NCBI GenBank assembly: GCA_000388065.2
Contig: KB932209.1
Direction: 5' to 3' (one strand)
Length of the DNA: 64,000 bases
Source: Fonticula alba ATCC 38817
Lineage: Eukaryota; Protista; Nucleariida
In this document: positions 40,229 through 51,565 of the stretch, in pieces
How the letters are laid out: every line of letters starts with the position of its first letter
Numbering within the stretch: the first letter of the stretch is position 1
Position numbers and translations under genes: made by a program
The notes under the pieces: generated by a model
Seen by the model: the letters and a program-made list of their open reading frames with translations, nothing else
Told to the model about the DNA's origin: nothing
Database searches by the model: none

Positions 40229-43200
40229 CTACCCTTGACCGTAGTAGGTGTACTGTGTACCGTGGGAGAAAGGGCAGGGCTGTGGGGTTAGGGATGCGCA
40301 TGCAGAGGAGGGGAGATGGCGTCTGGCTGGAGAGGTGTCCGAGTTGGCGGGCCCCTCCTTGTTATGGAGAGGGTGCGCAGACGGCCGGCGGGCCAGGGGC
40401 ATGGCGGAAAGAGGGCCTGGCGTACCTGCGGAGAGGAGGCTGTCTGTGTCAGGTCCGGTGGGGGGACATGGAAAGGGGGAGCCGTCGAGGACCCAGTCTC
40501 AACGACCAGCGGCGGCAGATCGAAGTCCGTCTGTGGCAAGGGGCGAAGCATGGCGAGTTAGTTTGGGCCGAGGAGGACAGGAAGAGCAGGCAAGCCAAGG
40601 AGGAGGCTTGGCCATGCATGGGCACGCACACTGGTCAGAGTTCCGAGCGAGGCCGGGCTCGGGGAGGCGGCCAGGGGCCGGTCCAAGAAGCCCGACCCAT
40701 TGGACGACGGAGAGCCGATGGCCTCGGAGCCGCCGCTGGTTCCGGGAACAATGAGGATGGCTGGCAGGTCATCGGCCTGGGCGGACTTCGCCGCATGAGG
40801 CTGCTGGCAATCTGCCAGAGGCACGCTCGCTTCGGGAACGGCTGTTGGCCCGGGGCCGGCCGAGTTGCCAGCTTCCGTCGATGGAGGAAGGGCCTCGAGC
40901 AGGGCAAGCCGACTGTTGGATCGGCTGACCGGGGCATCGGTCGTCGCCGGCTCGCCGCCCGAGCCTGCATACATGTCGGCCCCCGGGTATGAGGGGCCAG
41001 GAGGCATGGGAGCCGGCGGCGGCGGCGGCGGCGGCGGCGGAGGAGGAGAGCATGCCCCGGGGCCGTGCTCGGTCGCCATGCTCCCGTGGGGCTGCGGAAG
41101 ATCATGCCCATGCGGGTGCGCATGGGCATGGGCGTGTGCATGCGGGTGGTAGTCATGCTGAGTGGGGACCGTTTGGTAGGCATGATGGGGGTGGTGATGG
41201 GGAGCTGAGGGATCCGACGGCGGGGGTGGGGGCGGCGGTGGTGGCTGCTGCTGTGGCTGCTGCTGCTGCTGCTGCGGGTAGTGGTGATGGTGGTGATGGG
41301 GTTCCGGCGCGACCGAGTGGTAGTGGTGCGGCTGGTAGTGATGATGGTGGTGATGCGAGTCCGAGGGGACCGGGAGGTGGTGCTGATGCTGATGCTGATG
41401 CTGATGCTGGTGGTGATGCTGCTGCGACTGCGACTGCTGCTGCTGCTGCTGCTGCTGTTGCTGTTGCTGCGGCTGCGGCTGCGGCTGCGGCTGCGGCTGC
41501 TGCTGCTGTTGCTGCTGCGGCTCCTGCGAACGGGCATGGTCGTGGCCCAGATCGCCGGTCGGAGCGGAGTGCACGTCGGCCGTGCTCGGCGAATGCAAAT
41601 CCCCGGCTGTGCCGCTGCCATTGTCCCCCCCACCTCCGCCCGGGGGATGGGGCGACATCAGGAGTGACGACGGGTGGTGCATGGTTGGCGAAGGGCCCGC
41701 CGACAGGGGAGCCGCCGACGGAAGAACCGGACTTTCACACGAGGGCGACAGGAGGTGGTGCGAGGAGCCGCTAAAGGACAGGTGTGAAGGAGGGCCGGCC
41801 CCGCCGGCGCCACCGCCACCAGTGTCACTGGCACCGCTGCAGCTGTGCAGGGTGGCCGTTGGCGAGGGCGGCATCGAGCCCGGCAGGGAAGATGGCAGCA
41901 AGTGATCGCCCGTCGAGAAGGACCCAATGGAGAGGGATAGTGACGGTGGGCCCGGGGCAGGGCCCGGCGGCGGGGGAAGAGCCAGCATCGGCGGCCTCGG
42001 GGCAAGACCCATGGGCTCTGGCGGCTGGAGGAACTTCGACCGCAGGTAGAAGAGACAAGCCGCGGGGTCGGCCTTGGCCAAGGTGAGGACAGTCCGAGCG
42101 TTGGAGGCACTGCCTCGGACATAGTCCACCGCCCAGACGAACAGCTCCTGGTTCGAGGGGACCGCCGGGGCGAAGCGCCCACTTGGCGAGCTGGCCCGGC
42201 TGTCGGCCGGGTGAGGCTCATCACCGGGGCCGCCTGCGCCACCGCCGAGAGAGGTCGATGCCATGGCAAAGAGCATGGGGACCAGGCACTGGACGGCCTC
42301 CTCCTCGATGCGGGAATCTTCCCGCGCGGCGGCCAGCTGGGCTTCATAATGAGCGGCACTCGGGGGAGAGGCATGGTGTGAGGAGGGTGCCAGGAGCGGG
42401 GGCGGAGGCAGCGAATGCATGTGCCCCGGGGGCAGGGGCGGAAGCATGTGCCCGGACGACCGGGAATGATGGCCGGCCTCCAATTGCAGGTCTGCCATGC
42501 TGGCCGAGGGCGAGGGGTGGGTGCTGGCCACCGGCGAGATGAGCATCGGCGGCGAAAGGGGCGGAGGCAGCGGGTCCCCATACGAATGGTGGTGGTGGTG
42601 GTGGTGGGGGGCGGGGTGGTATGCGGGCCGAGCGGGCACAGCCGACAGGCGCCCCGCCTCGGGCTCATGATAGCCATGATGGCCATGGTGCGAGGGCATG
42701 CCGGAGGATGATGCCGATGAGGACACCGGCTGCTGGTGCGGATGTTGCTGCTGGGACGAATGATCGCCGCCATAGTGGCCGTGGTGGCCCACCAGGTGAG
42801 GCTGGTGGTGCGGGTGTTGCTGATGCTGCGGCTCATTGCCCGCCATGTGGGGCTGGTGGTGATACTGGCCGAGGGACGGCGAGTCGGTCGGCGGGGCTGG
42901 CGGCCCGAGGTACGGCGACGCCGGATGCGAGGCAGACGCCGAGTAGGAGTCGCTGCCGGCCACCCCGGCATCATGGTACGAGTAGTGCGTCGGGGCAGAG
43001 CTGGCATCCGGGTTGGAGCCCCCGTCATGGGGCAATGCCGGCGAGTGATAGGCGTCGAAGCCGCGGGCCCCGGCGGAATCGACGCCCGCTTGCGGCGAAG
43101 GAGGGCTCGTGTGGGTGGGCGACAGCGGCGGACTGACAAGAGGCATGTCCTCGGGCGGGGGGAAGGCATCTTGAGGCGGGTGTGGCTGCGGCGGGGGCGC

Positions 43201-44571
43201 CGGGGACGGGGGCCGGGGCGGTGGCGACTCGGAGGGCGGTGGTGGAAGGGACACACTATCTTGACCGAGCGAATGGCCCGGGACTGTGTCGACCACCAGA
43301 GCGGGAAGATCCGGCGGCAGGTCCGGCTCCGGAGGGGAGGCCGAGCCTGGATGCAGCGTGGGAGCTTGGTGAAGCTCCTCCGGCTCGGACTTCGGCTCGA
43401 TGCCCGGCTCCGACGGGGGGGCCAATTCGGACCCCGGGCTCGACGGGTCGAGCTGGGACGAAGGTGCAGCCTGGGACGCCTCCGAGGGGAGATCCGTTTC
43501 GTGGGATTCGATTGTCTCGATGGAGCCGGTCGCCAGCGGTGGGTCCTCCGGGGGACCGGGTGGCCCGGGAAGGGCGCCCGGCCCCAGGGGAAGGGGGTCC
43601 ACAACCGCGGCTGGCATATCCCCTCCGCTTCCGGTGTCGCGGGACAACTCCCCGGAGGGAGAGGCCCCGCTGACTGGCAGGACCGTGGTCGGGGCATCGA
43701 TCGGCGTGGCCACTAGACTGGGCTTCGGGGAGGGAAGCGGGATGGCCACCGTGGAGCCGGTCGTCGGGAGGGCCGGCAAATCCGGCAACAGGACACCCGG
43801 AGTCGCGGCACCCGGCATGGACCAGGCCGAGGCGGGGTGCAGCGGCTCGGAAAATGCCCCAGCCGGGGGGCGTGAGTCGATTGAGGGGCCCCTCATAGCC
43901 GGGGGCAGATAGTGCCCAAGCTCCGAGGAGGAGGCAGTCGGGGGCTCGGAGAGTAACATCCCCGGCAGGTAGGTGCTGTTGGGGTCACGCGCAGGAGGGA
44001 TGGCCGTCAGCTCGGTCGCCGAGGCCGGGGGATCCGCGGAGAAGGTGGACGTGAGAGCTGACACTGGCATCGAGGTGACGGAGGACGGGGCTACCGGGGG
44101 CAGGCCATAGGCGGCAAGCGAGTCGGGGATGGTGGCCAGGTGTCCGCCGGGCGCGGCGGCGGCGGCGGCGGCGGCGGCGGAACCCCCTTGCAGGCTGGAA
44201 TTGGCCATGGCGGCGACGACCGCGGCACCGACGGCGATGGCAGCGGAGGAGGGCACTGGAGATGGGAAGGTGTCAGCAGCAGGGGTCGCCCCTTGGCGAA
44301 AGGGACGGAGGGGCAAAGGGAAGAAGGGGGAACAGAGCCCGGGCGCACTATAGGGGTTGTATAGACTGGTGTAGCCCAGGTGCGGGGAGGTGTGATGTGA
44401 CAGCAGCGGCGAGTAGGACGAGTGAAGGGCCGGCGCAATCGGCATGTGCGGCAGGGGGTAGGCGCGGGCTGCTGCGGCAGCTGCGGCGGCCGCAGCCGCC
44501 GAGCTGAAGGGGGGCATGCTCGACATGTCGGTGCCGATGGCCGGGGGAGGACCGGGTGCAGTGGTGGTGGT

Positions 44572-44607
<36 letters not shown>

Positions 44608-45901
44608 CGAGGCACTGGCAGTCGCGGCAGCAACGGCGGCGGTGGCGGTACTCTGGCTGGGCGGGTGGATGCGCGGCCGGGGGGCTCCGCGCGCATTGCC
44701 CTGCTCGGCTGTAGTGGCAGCGGGGGCACTGGCCTCCGAGGCAGTCAGCGGGGCGCTTCCGGTGGAAGGGGGATCCGAGAAATCGGGGGAGGGCGTGCGC
44801 GAAGAGGCCTGGGCTCGGGAGCCGGGCGCGGTCGCCGCTGGAGGGGCGTCAGCGGGAGCAGCGCGCGTGGTAGAGCTGGAGGCAGATGCCGGCGGTGGAT
44901 CGACCAGGTTCAAGTATTTGCTGTGCCACAAGGGGAGGGGGGGGGGGGGGGGGGGAGGGAAAACAGAGATTCGAAGGATGAGCCGTGCATGCCAAGGACC
45001 CGAAGGGAGGGACAGGGAGCAAGGAGCGAGGAGAGGACCAAGAGCAGAGGAGGAGCTGCGTACTCAGGCCGCTGCTTGAATTCCGGGCAGTGCCCGCTCA
45101 GATGGTTGCTGAAAGATCCGGAATTGAGGAAGGCCTTCGAGCAGGCGGGACATGTGAAGGAGAGTGTCTGCAAGTCGCGCCGGAAGGACCGTTCTGTGAA
45201 GCAGGAGTATCAGCCACAGGTGCACAGAGAGGAGAGGGGAGGAAGCGCGTGTGTGTGTGTGTGTGTGAGTGTGTGGATGTGTGGATGTGTGGATGTGCGT
45301 GCGTGCGAGCAGCTGGGGGGTATGGGCGCGAACGAAGGTCCATTCGCACCATAGTGCTTGTCCTGGAAGAGGGCCCGTCGAATGATCACCATCTTGTGGA
45401 CGTGGCGCATGTGGCGCTCATAGCGAGCGTCATTTCGGGAGATCGTGCACCGACCATTGCTGTCGGGAAAGCGGCAGGGGAATTGGCAGGTGGCTGGGGG
45501 ATGGGGAAGCAGGGGGCAACAGGTCAGGGCTGACAGGACTCCAGTGACGAGGTGGCAGGCGGTGTGGAGAGAGGGAGAGAGAGAGAGAGAGAGGGAGAAA
45601 AGGAAGAGGGGGGACCAGGCGCAAGGAGGTATGGCGCACAGTCAAGCAGGGCGTCCGCCTCGTCGGTCGGCGACCGACGGACGATGGCAAGCGAATCCTT
45701 CGAGGCACTCGGGGCCGGAGCCGGGGCCGGCGGGGATGAGACGCCCAGGCCGTAGGCGGCCGGGCCTTGGGCCGAGGAAGATGGCGGCGGACCGCGGCCG
45801 GCCGAGCCCCCGGTCCCAGGGGCCGATGGCGTTAGCGCCGGCTGCGCCGGGTGGTAGCCGGCCAGGAGCCCAGGCGATGGAGCCGCAGGCTGAGCATTCA
45901 T
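40229..45901 (-). CDS. Large zinc-finger protein with Pro/His/Gln/Ser low-complexity body, 6 exons
   Basis: Spliced N-terminus contains CRFPDSNGRC..ERHMRHVH and FTCPACSKAFLNSGSFSNHLSGHC, then a ~4.3-kb exon. Two small 3' exons end ..TYYGQG*. All junctions are phase-compatible GTRCG..CAG. Confidence 0.75.
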
Positions 45902-47643
45902 GAGAGACAACTCCGAACCGGACTCAGTTAGAGGCCCGCAACGGGCATATGGGAGAGAGATGCGGCGGCAATGACGGCGGCAGCGGCGGCGGCGGCGGCA
46001 ACGGCGACGACAGGAGACGACCGTGCGAAGGGCGAAAAGGAGGGCGGTGTCGGGAAGCGAGGGGGGGGGGGCGAGGGGGGGGGTAAGGAGGGAGGTTTGT
46101 CTTGGCCAAGTCAGGACCCACAGGGGGGAAAGTATGGTGCGAAAAAAACCGCGAGGAGGGGCGAGCAGGGGGAAGCCTGCCGTCGCCGGCCAAAGTCAAG
46201 GGGACTTCGGCGATGGCGAGCGAGTGCGGATCGGCCATCAACTGCCGGGCAGATTGGCAGGCCCGGGGCTTCCCGGCCCCTTGGCCCAGGCATGGATGGC
46301 GCGCTGGTGTGGACTAGAGGCAAGTCTCTCCATTGCTGGGGGGAGACGAGAGCGGCGCGCATGGCAGATGTGCGAGGGGGGCCGGGTGGGCTGGGGGGGG
46401 GGGGGGGGGGGGCAGCCGAGGCCCGGACCGCGCGAGGGGGGAGGATGGTCCACGCGGGGCGGGGTTTCGTATCCAGCGTGGGATCGCCCGAGCCTCCGAT
46501 CGCGTACGTGCGGGCCCGCCTGCTCCGCCACTTACACGGGGCCACAAAGATCCGCCGGCAAAAAAAAAATCCTGCCGACAGCGGGACCGCGGGGGAGGAC
46601 ACACGCGGCCTCCAGCGCCCTGCCGCCCCCCCCCCCCCCCCTTCAAGCCAACGGGTGACAAGAGAAGCCACAGGCTAGCCCGGAGAATGGAACCACAACA
46701 GGCGTTCGCCAGGCCGCGGGGACCCCCTGTGCTCGGCGGCGGACCGGGGAGCCGAGCACACACCGGCGCCGGGGGCCCCGGGGCGCCATAGGTCAGAAGA
46801 AGAGGGACAGATGCTCGACCATGTCCCTGAGGCAGGGGCCTGGAAGAAGAGAGCAAGAGAACGAGAACGAGAGCGAGCGAGCGAGAGAGAGAGAGAAAGA
46901 GGGAGAGAGAGAGGGCAAGAGGTAGTGCGACAGAGGGTGGACGAGAGAGGGCTGGCCCGTCAGGTGCGGTGGGACAGGCAAAAGAAAACATCCACATGGA
47001 GCGACCGGCGCGCGGTCATGGGTCCTTCACGTGTGATCGTGGCTCCATCACGCCGTCGTTAATTAGGGTTGCCCAGACGGAGAGTCAGGGAGCGCGGAGA
47101 GCGGAGAAAAGGGGGTTGTCTGGTGGTTGCCCGCCCCTGTGGTGGTGGCCTAGCCTCCAGGAATTGGGTGGCCCGAGTGTGTGCACAATACGGGAGGGCA
47201 CTCTGGGAGGGAGGTCCGAAGTAACGGGTACCCTATGAGCGGGAGAATGGGGGATGGCGAGGCCGTCGGCGGGGGGGGGGAGTGGGGCACGGTCCGGGAC
47301 CGGTAGAACCGGCGAGCCGGCGGTCCTGGTGTTTCACACGCGCCAGTTTCTCCCCCCCCCCCCCCCCTGCCTGTCTGAGGACGGACTGAAGGGCCCAAAG
47401 CAAGCAGGCGGCCGGAAGGAGGGTGGGATGGCGCCAGCGCGTCCCCCCAGGGGCCGCAGCCGAGCGTGGCGGAACAAGATTGATGGCCTAGTAGGCAGGC
47501 GTTGTGCCTGGGCGGGAGCCGCCGCGAGGGCATGGCATATCTCTCCCCCTCCACTCTCTCTGCCCCTCCCTCCTTTTGTCCCTCCCCCGCCTCCTTTTTC
47601 CCTCCTCCCCGGCATCACAGGCCGCGCAGAGATCCGCCCCACC

Positions 47644-50600
47644 ATGAACTACGACGACAACATCGACGACGACGGGTCCGATCTGGACGACTTCTACCCC
47701 GATCAGACGGATGTCATTGACTCTTCCGGTATGTGAGCATGGGTGTCCTCCGGAGGCGGGGTGGGGGCACGCCGGCCCCCTTCCCCACCTTGCCACCCGT
47801 CATCCCCTCCCCTCGCAGCCCGCATGTCCTTCTCACGCGATTGCACTCCCTCTCTCCCCTGGCACCGCCGTCCGTCGCCTGGGCCAGCCATTCGCATGCC
47901 CTTCGACTTCTCGGCGGCGGCGGCACGCGCCCGCGAGGACTTCTCCCGCTTCTCGGACTCGGCCCAAGCCCCGGCCCCGGTCCCGGTCCCCCAGCCCAAG
48001 CAGCGCCAGGCTCCGGCCCCGGCTCCGGTCCCGGCCCCGGCTGGACCCGCTCGCGGTGGCCTGCCCGCACGGCCCATGCATCCGGGTGCCACCCCGGGGG
48101 TCCGGCCTCCTCCGGCGGCCCACTTCCCCGGCGGCTCTCCGCCGATGGGGCACCACCAGCACCCGGGTGCCATTCCCTCGGCCAGGCCGCTGCGCATGGG
48201 CCCGGTTCCGGGGGCCCCGACGGGCGTCGGGACGCCGGTCCGGCCGCCGGTCGCCGGGGCCATCCCCATGGCCGGTGACTCGCCTCCCGGCCAGCCATCC
48301 TTCTCGGCGGTGGCGGCCACCTCGGCCCCGCAGCAGCCCACCCGGGTGACGGTGGCCTCGTTGACCTCGCCGGTGGCTGGCGGAGCGATGTCCGCCCCGG
48401 GCCCGGCGCCCACGGCCAAGCCCAGTGCCCACAGCGGCATCATCGGTGTGGACCCGGAGTCGGCGCCGCTCCCGGCCCACCTGCGGTCCATCACCTCGCA
48501 GATGGCCTCCGACACGCCGACCGGCTCGTCCTCCGAGCTGACGGCCCTCGAGTCGCTGGCCGCCTCGTCCAAGCGTGTTCCCCGCTGGCAGCAGCAAATC
48601 CAGCGCCGGATGCTGACCAACGACGATCTGCTTCCCTCGCGCCACCGGTACTCCGGCCCGTTGATGTGTGTCTCGGACAAGGCCTTCCTCACGCGCATGC
48701 ATGTGTCTCTCCTCCAGACCATGACCCCCTATGTGGATGACTACTACTGCCTGATGTACTCGCAGCGCGATGAGCCGCAAAAGAAGCCGGCCTCCGGGGC
48801 CGACACCCCGGCCGCGGTGGCCGATGCCGTTCAAAACCCCCCGGCCGCCGATGCCGCTGGGACTGGCGAGGCAGCGGCCGCTGCCTCGGCTGTTCCGGCC
48901 TCCGGCACCAGCGCCGCCGCCTCGGCCACCTCGGTGGCGACCGCCGCGGCCATGGGTTCCGCTGCGGTCCCCACTTCGCCCAAGCCATCGGGCGCCCGGC
49001 CGCCCATGGCCACTGCCGATGGCGATGCCCCTTCCACCGGTGAGGAGGAGCAGGAGGATGCCGAGCTGCGGCGCCTGCGTCGCGCGGCCGAGGCCTCCAC
49101 TCGCCAGCGCGAGCTCTACCGCAACTTCAACCTCTCCCGGGCTACGCCCACCGGCCGTGCGTTCTCTCCCTCTCCCTCTCCCTCTCCCTCTCCCTCCTCC
49201 TCCCTCTCTGTTGAAGCCCCTGCCACCCCCATGCCTCTCCCCGCCAGCCGATCCTGACCTGATGCCCCGTGTGCTTGATGGTGTCTCCATGCCGCGGCTC
49301 CACTCGGCCCTTCAGGCTCCGAGGGTCTCTTCTCATCCAGTCTCGGCACCACGATGAAGTTCCGCCGGCCGCCTCAAATGTATCCCGGCCTGACGACGCT
49401 CCTGCGGTCGGACAGCGCCTCGCAGGAGGCCGCCTCCAGCACTGCCGGCATTCCGGAGGCCCCGGATGCCGGCTCCTCACGCAGCCAGCATCTGCGCATC
49501 CTGCGCGCCATTGAGGCGGTCTACTCGCGCATTCTGCGCTACGAGGATTGGATGGCCCATGAGACCTCCGGTGTCCAGCTCACGTCGGACACCAACTTCA
49601 AGTCGTGCGCCCCTCCCCTCTGTGTCTGTCTGCTCCCTCTGCCTCTTTCCCCGCTATTCCCCCCTTCCCCCTCCCCCTCCTCTCTCCCGGTGAGCGTAAG
49701 CTCACGCTGTCGGCCGCCAACACTCACCCTCTCTCCATAGCTCGCCACTGGACATGGAGAAGCTCCGCCAGGCGGTCTTCAACGAGATCATCCTCAACGA
49801 GGAGGTGTACGTTTCCCTCTTGGCTGCCTTCTCTCGGCCCTCGTCTTCCTGGCTCTTGGAGGCCGCTTTTCCCTTTCTTCCCTCCGCGCGCGCGCGCGCG
49901 CCCCCTCAACCCCTCTGACCTTTCCCTCTCCTGCCTGCTTTCAGCGAGTCCGACCCCGAGTCCATCCTCTCGCATGCTCTCTCCTTCCTGAGCTATGATA
50001 AGGGTGTTCGCGCCATGCGCCGGGTGATCCCCCTGCTGGAGCGTGAGCAGCTCCTTGGCTTGCTGCCGGTCATCGTGCATGCCTTTGCCTCCTTCGCATA
50101 CCTGCATGACACATCGGACAAGGCTGTTCGGCCGAACCACCAGTTCTCCGAATATGTGGTCACTCCCCTGTCGCTGCTGCTGCTCGATCTCCAGACCGAC
50201 GAGCTGATTGTCTTCCTTCACTCCTTCCTGGTCCTGGTGAACGAGCGCATTCTCTACTCGGCTCTGTCGGGGCTGGTACGCATACACCTATTTGACCCTC
50301 CGCATGCCTGCTCCTCCCTCGCCCGCTCCCCGGCCTGCTCGCGTGTACCGACCTCCGGCCGTGTGTTGACACTCCCCCAAAATCCACCTCCTGTGTGTCC
50401 GACACTTGCTCTCCGACACAGAGTGGCATCACCCTGATCAACCACTTGCTCTTGCGGATTGCCATTCTCCACCGCTCCGGCCAGTTCCACTACAACGATG
50501 ACAATGGTCGCATCCTGTGCGTGCTCTTCCCTTTTGGCCGCTCTTTTCCATTTTCCCCCTTTCGACTCCCCCCCCCCCCCCCCCGCCTCCCGTGCTTGCT

Positions 50601-51086
50601 ACCATCTGACATGCCTTCATTCCCGTCACTTGCCGTGTGCCCCTCCCGCTCCTGTGTGTGCGTGTGTCCGTTCCCAGTGCCGCCCTCGCGACTCGTCTCC
50701 TGGCCACCATCCGCGGACAGATGAGCGCCTTCTATGCCCACCACTCGTCTCTCAATGGCGAGCCCGGCCGCCGGGCGGTGTGGCATCTGCTTGTCTGTCT
50801 GGCGCACTCGGTCCCGGATGACGAGTCGACCCGGGCCCTGCTTAGTGATGATGGCGACCCGATGAAGGGCCCCTCGCCGGCTATTGCCGTGTCAGATGAG
50901 ATGCTCAAGCAGGCCATCGCCGAGATGTGCACCGTTCTCAGTGCCGGGCAAGTCCCCTCGGATGAGATTAAGCTCTTCTTCCTGGTGTGCGGCGTGCCGA
51001 ATCCCGAGGATCTGGCCATCGCCACCATGTCGGCTGAGCATGCGGCCGCCGCTGCCCGGGCCGCTGCCCAGCCGGCGCAAGTTTAA
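47644..51086 (+). CDS. PAT1: mRNA decapping activator PAT1, multi-exon
   Basis: Acidic N-terminus and Pro-rich region. YSGPLMCVSDKAFLTRMHVSLL..PYVDDYY matches the Pat1 LMTxxDKxFITRIQL..DPYxEDFY motif. ILRAIEAVYSRILRYED and LSYDKGVRAMRRVIPLL match the Pat1 C-terminal domain. Confidence 0.85.
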
Positions 51087-51565
51087 TGTGCCCTTCATTG
51101 TTCCTTGCTTCTGGAGTCGCTGGCTCCATCACCTCCGGCGCCTCGACCTCTCGACCCACACGCCTTCGCTTTTGGCCCTCTCTGCCCGTGCTCGGGCCTA
51201 TCTTTCGCCCTTTACAGTCCATACACGCACACGCACACGCACATACACACATAGTGACCCCCAGTCCGGTCCAATTTGTCGCCACCACTCATGAACGTGC
51301 GTGCATGAATGTCCGAGTGCGCATGCGCGCGCCCCTGTGAGGGTATGCCGGCGATTCGGCCTGGAAGAGAGAGGGAGAGACAGAGAGGGAGAGACATACG
51401 CACCGAAGAGGAGGAGGGGGGGAGGGGGGCAAATCTATTATATTGGAAAAAAAGGTCCACGGGGGGTTCTGTCACATCAAGTTCTAGGAGCCTGTGGACG
51501 CTGGGAAGGGGGGGAGGGGGGGGGGGGTAGAAGCAAAAGGGCTCACTTGGGCCGCCACACAACCG

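Noticed and set aside
40558-40640. ORF-track C-terminus of the zinc-finger protein (..VLLGPN*)
   Set aside because: A GTGCGT donor at about 40630 and two phase-0 downstream exons give a better model ending at 40229.
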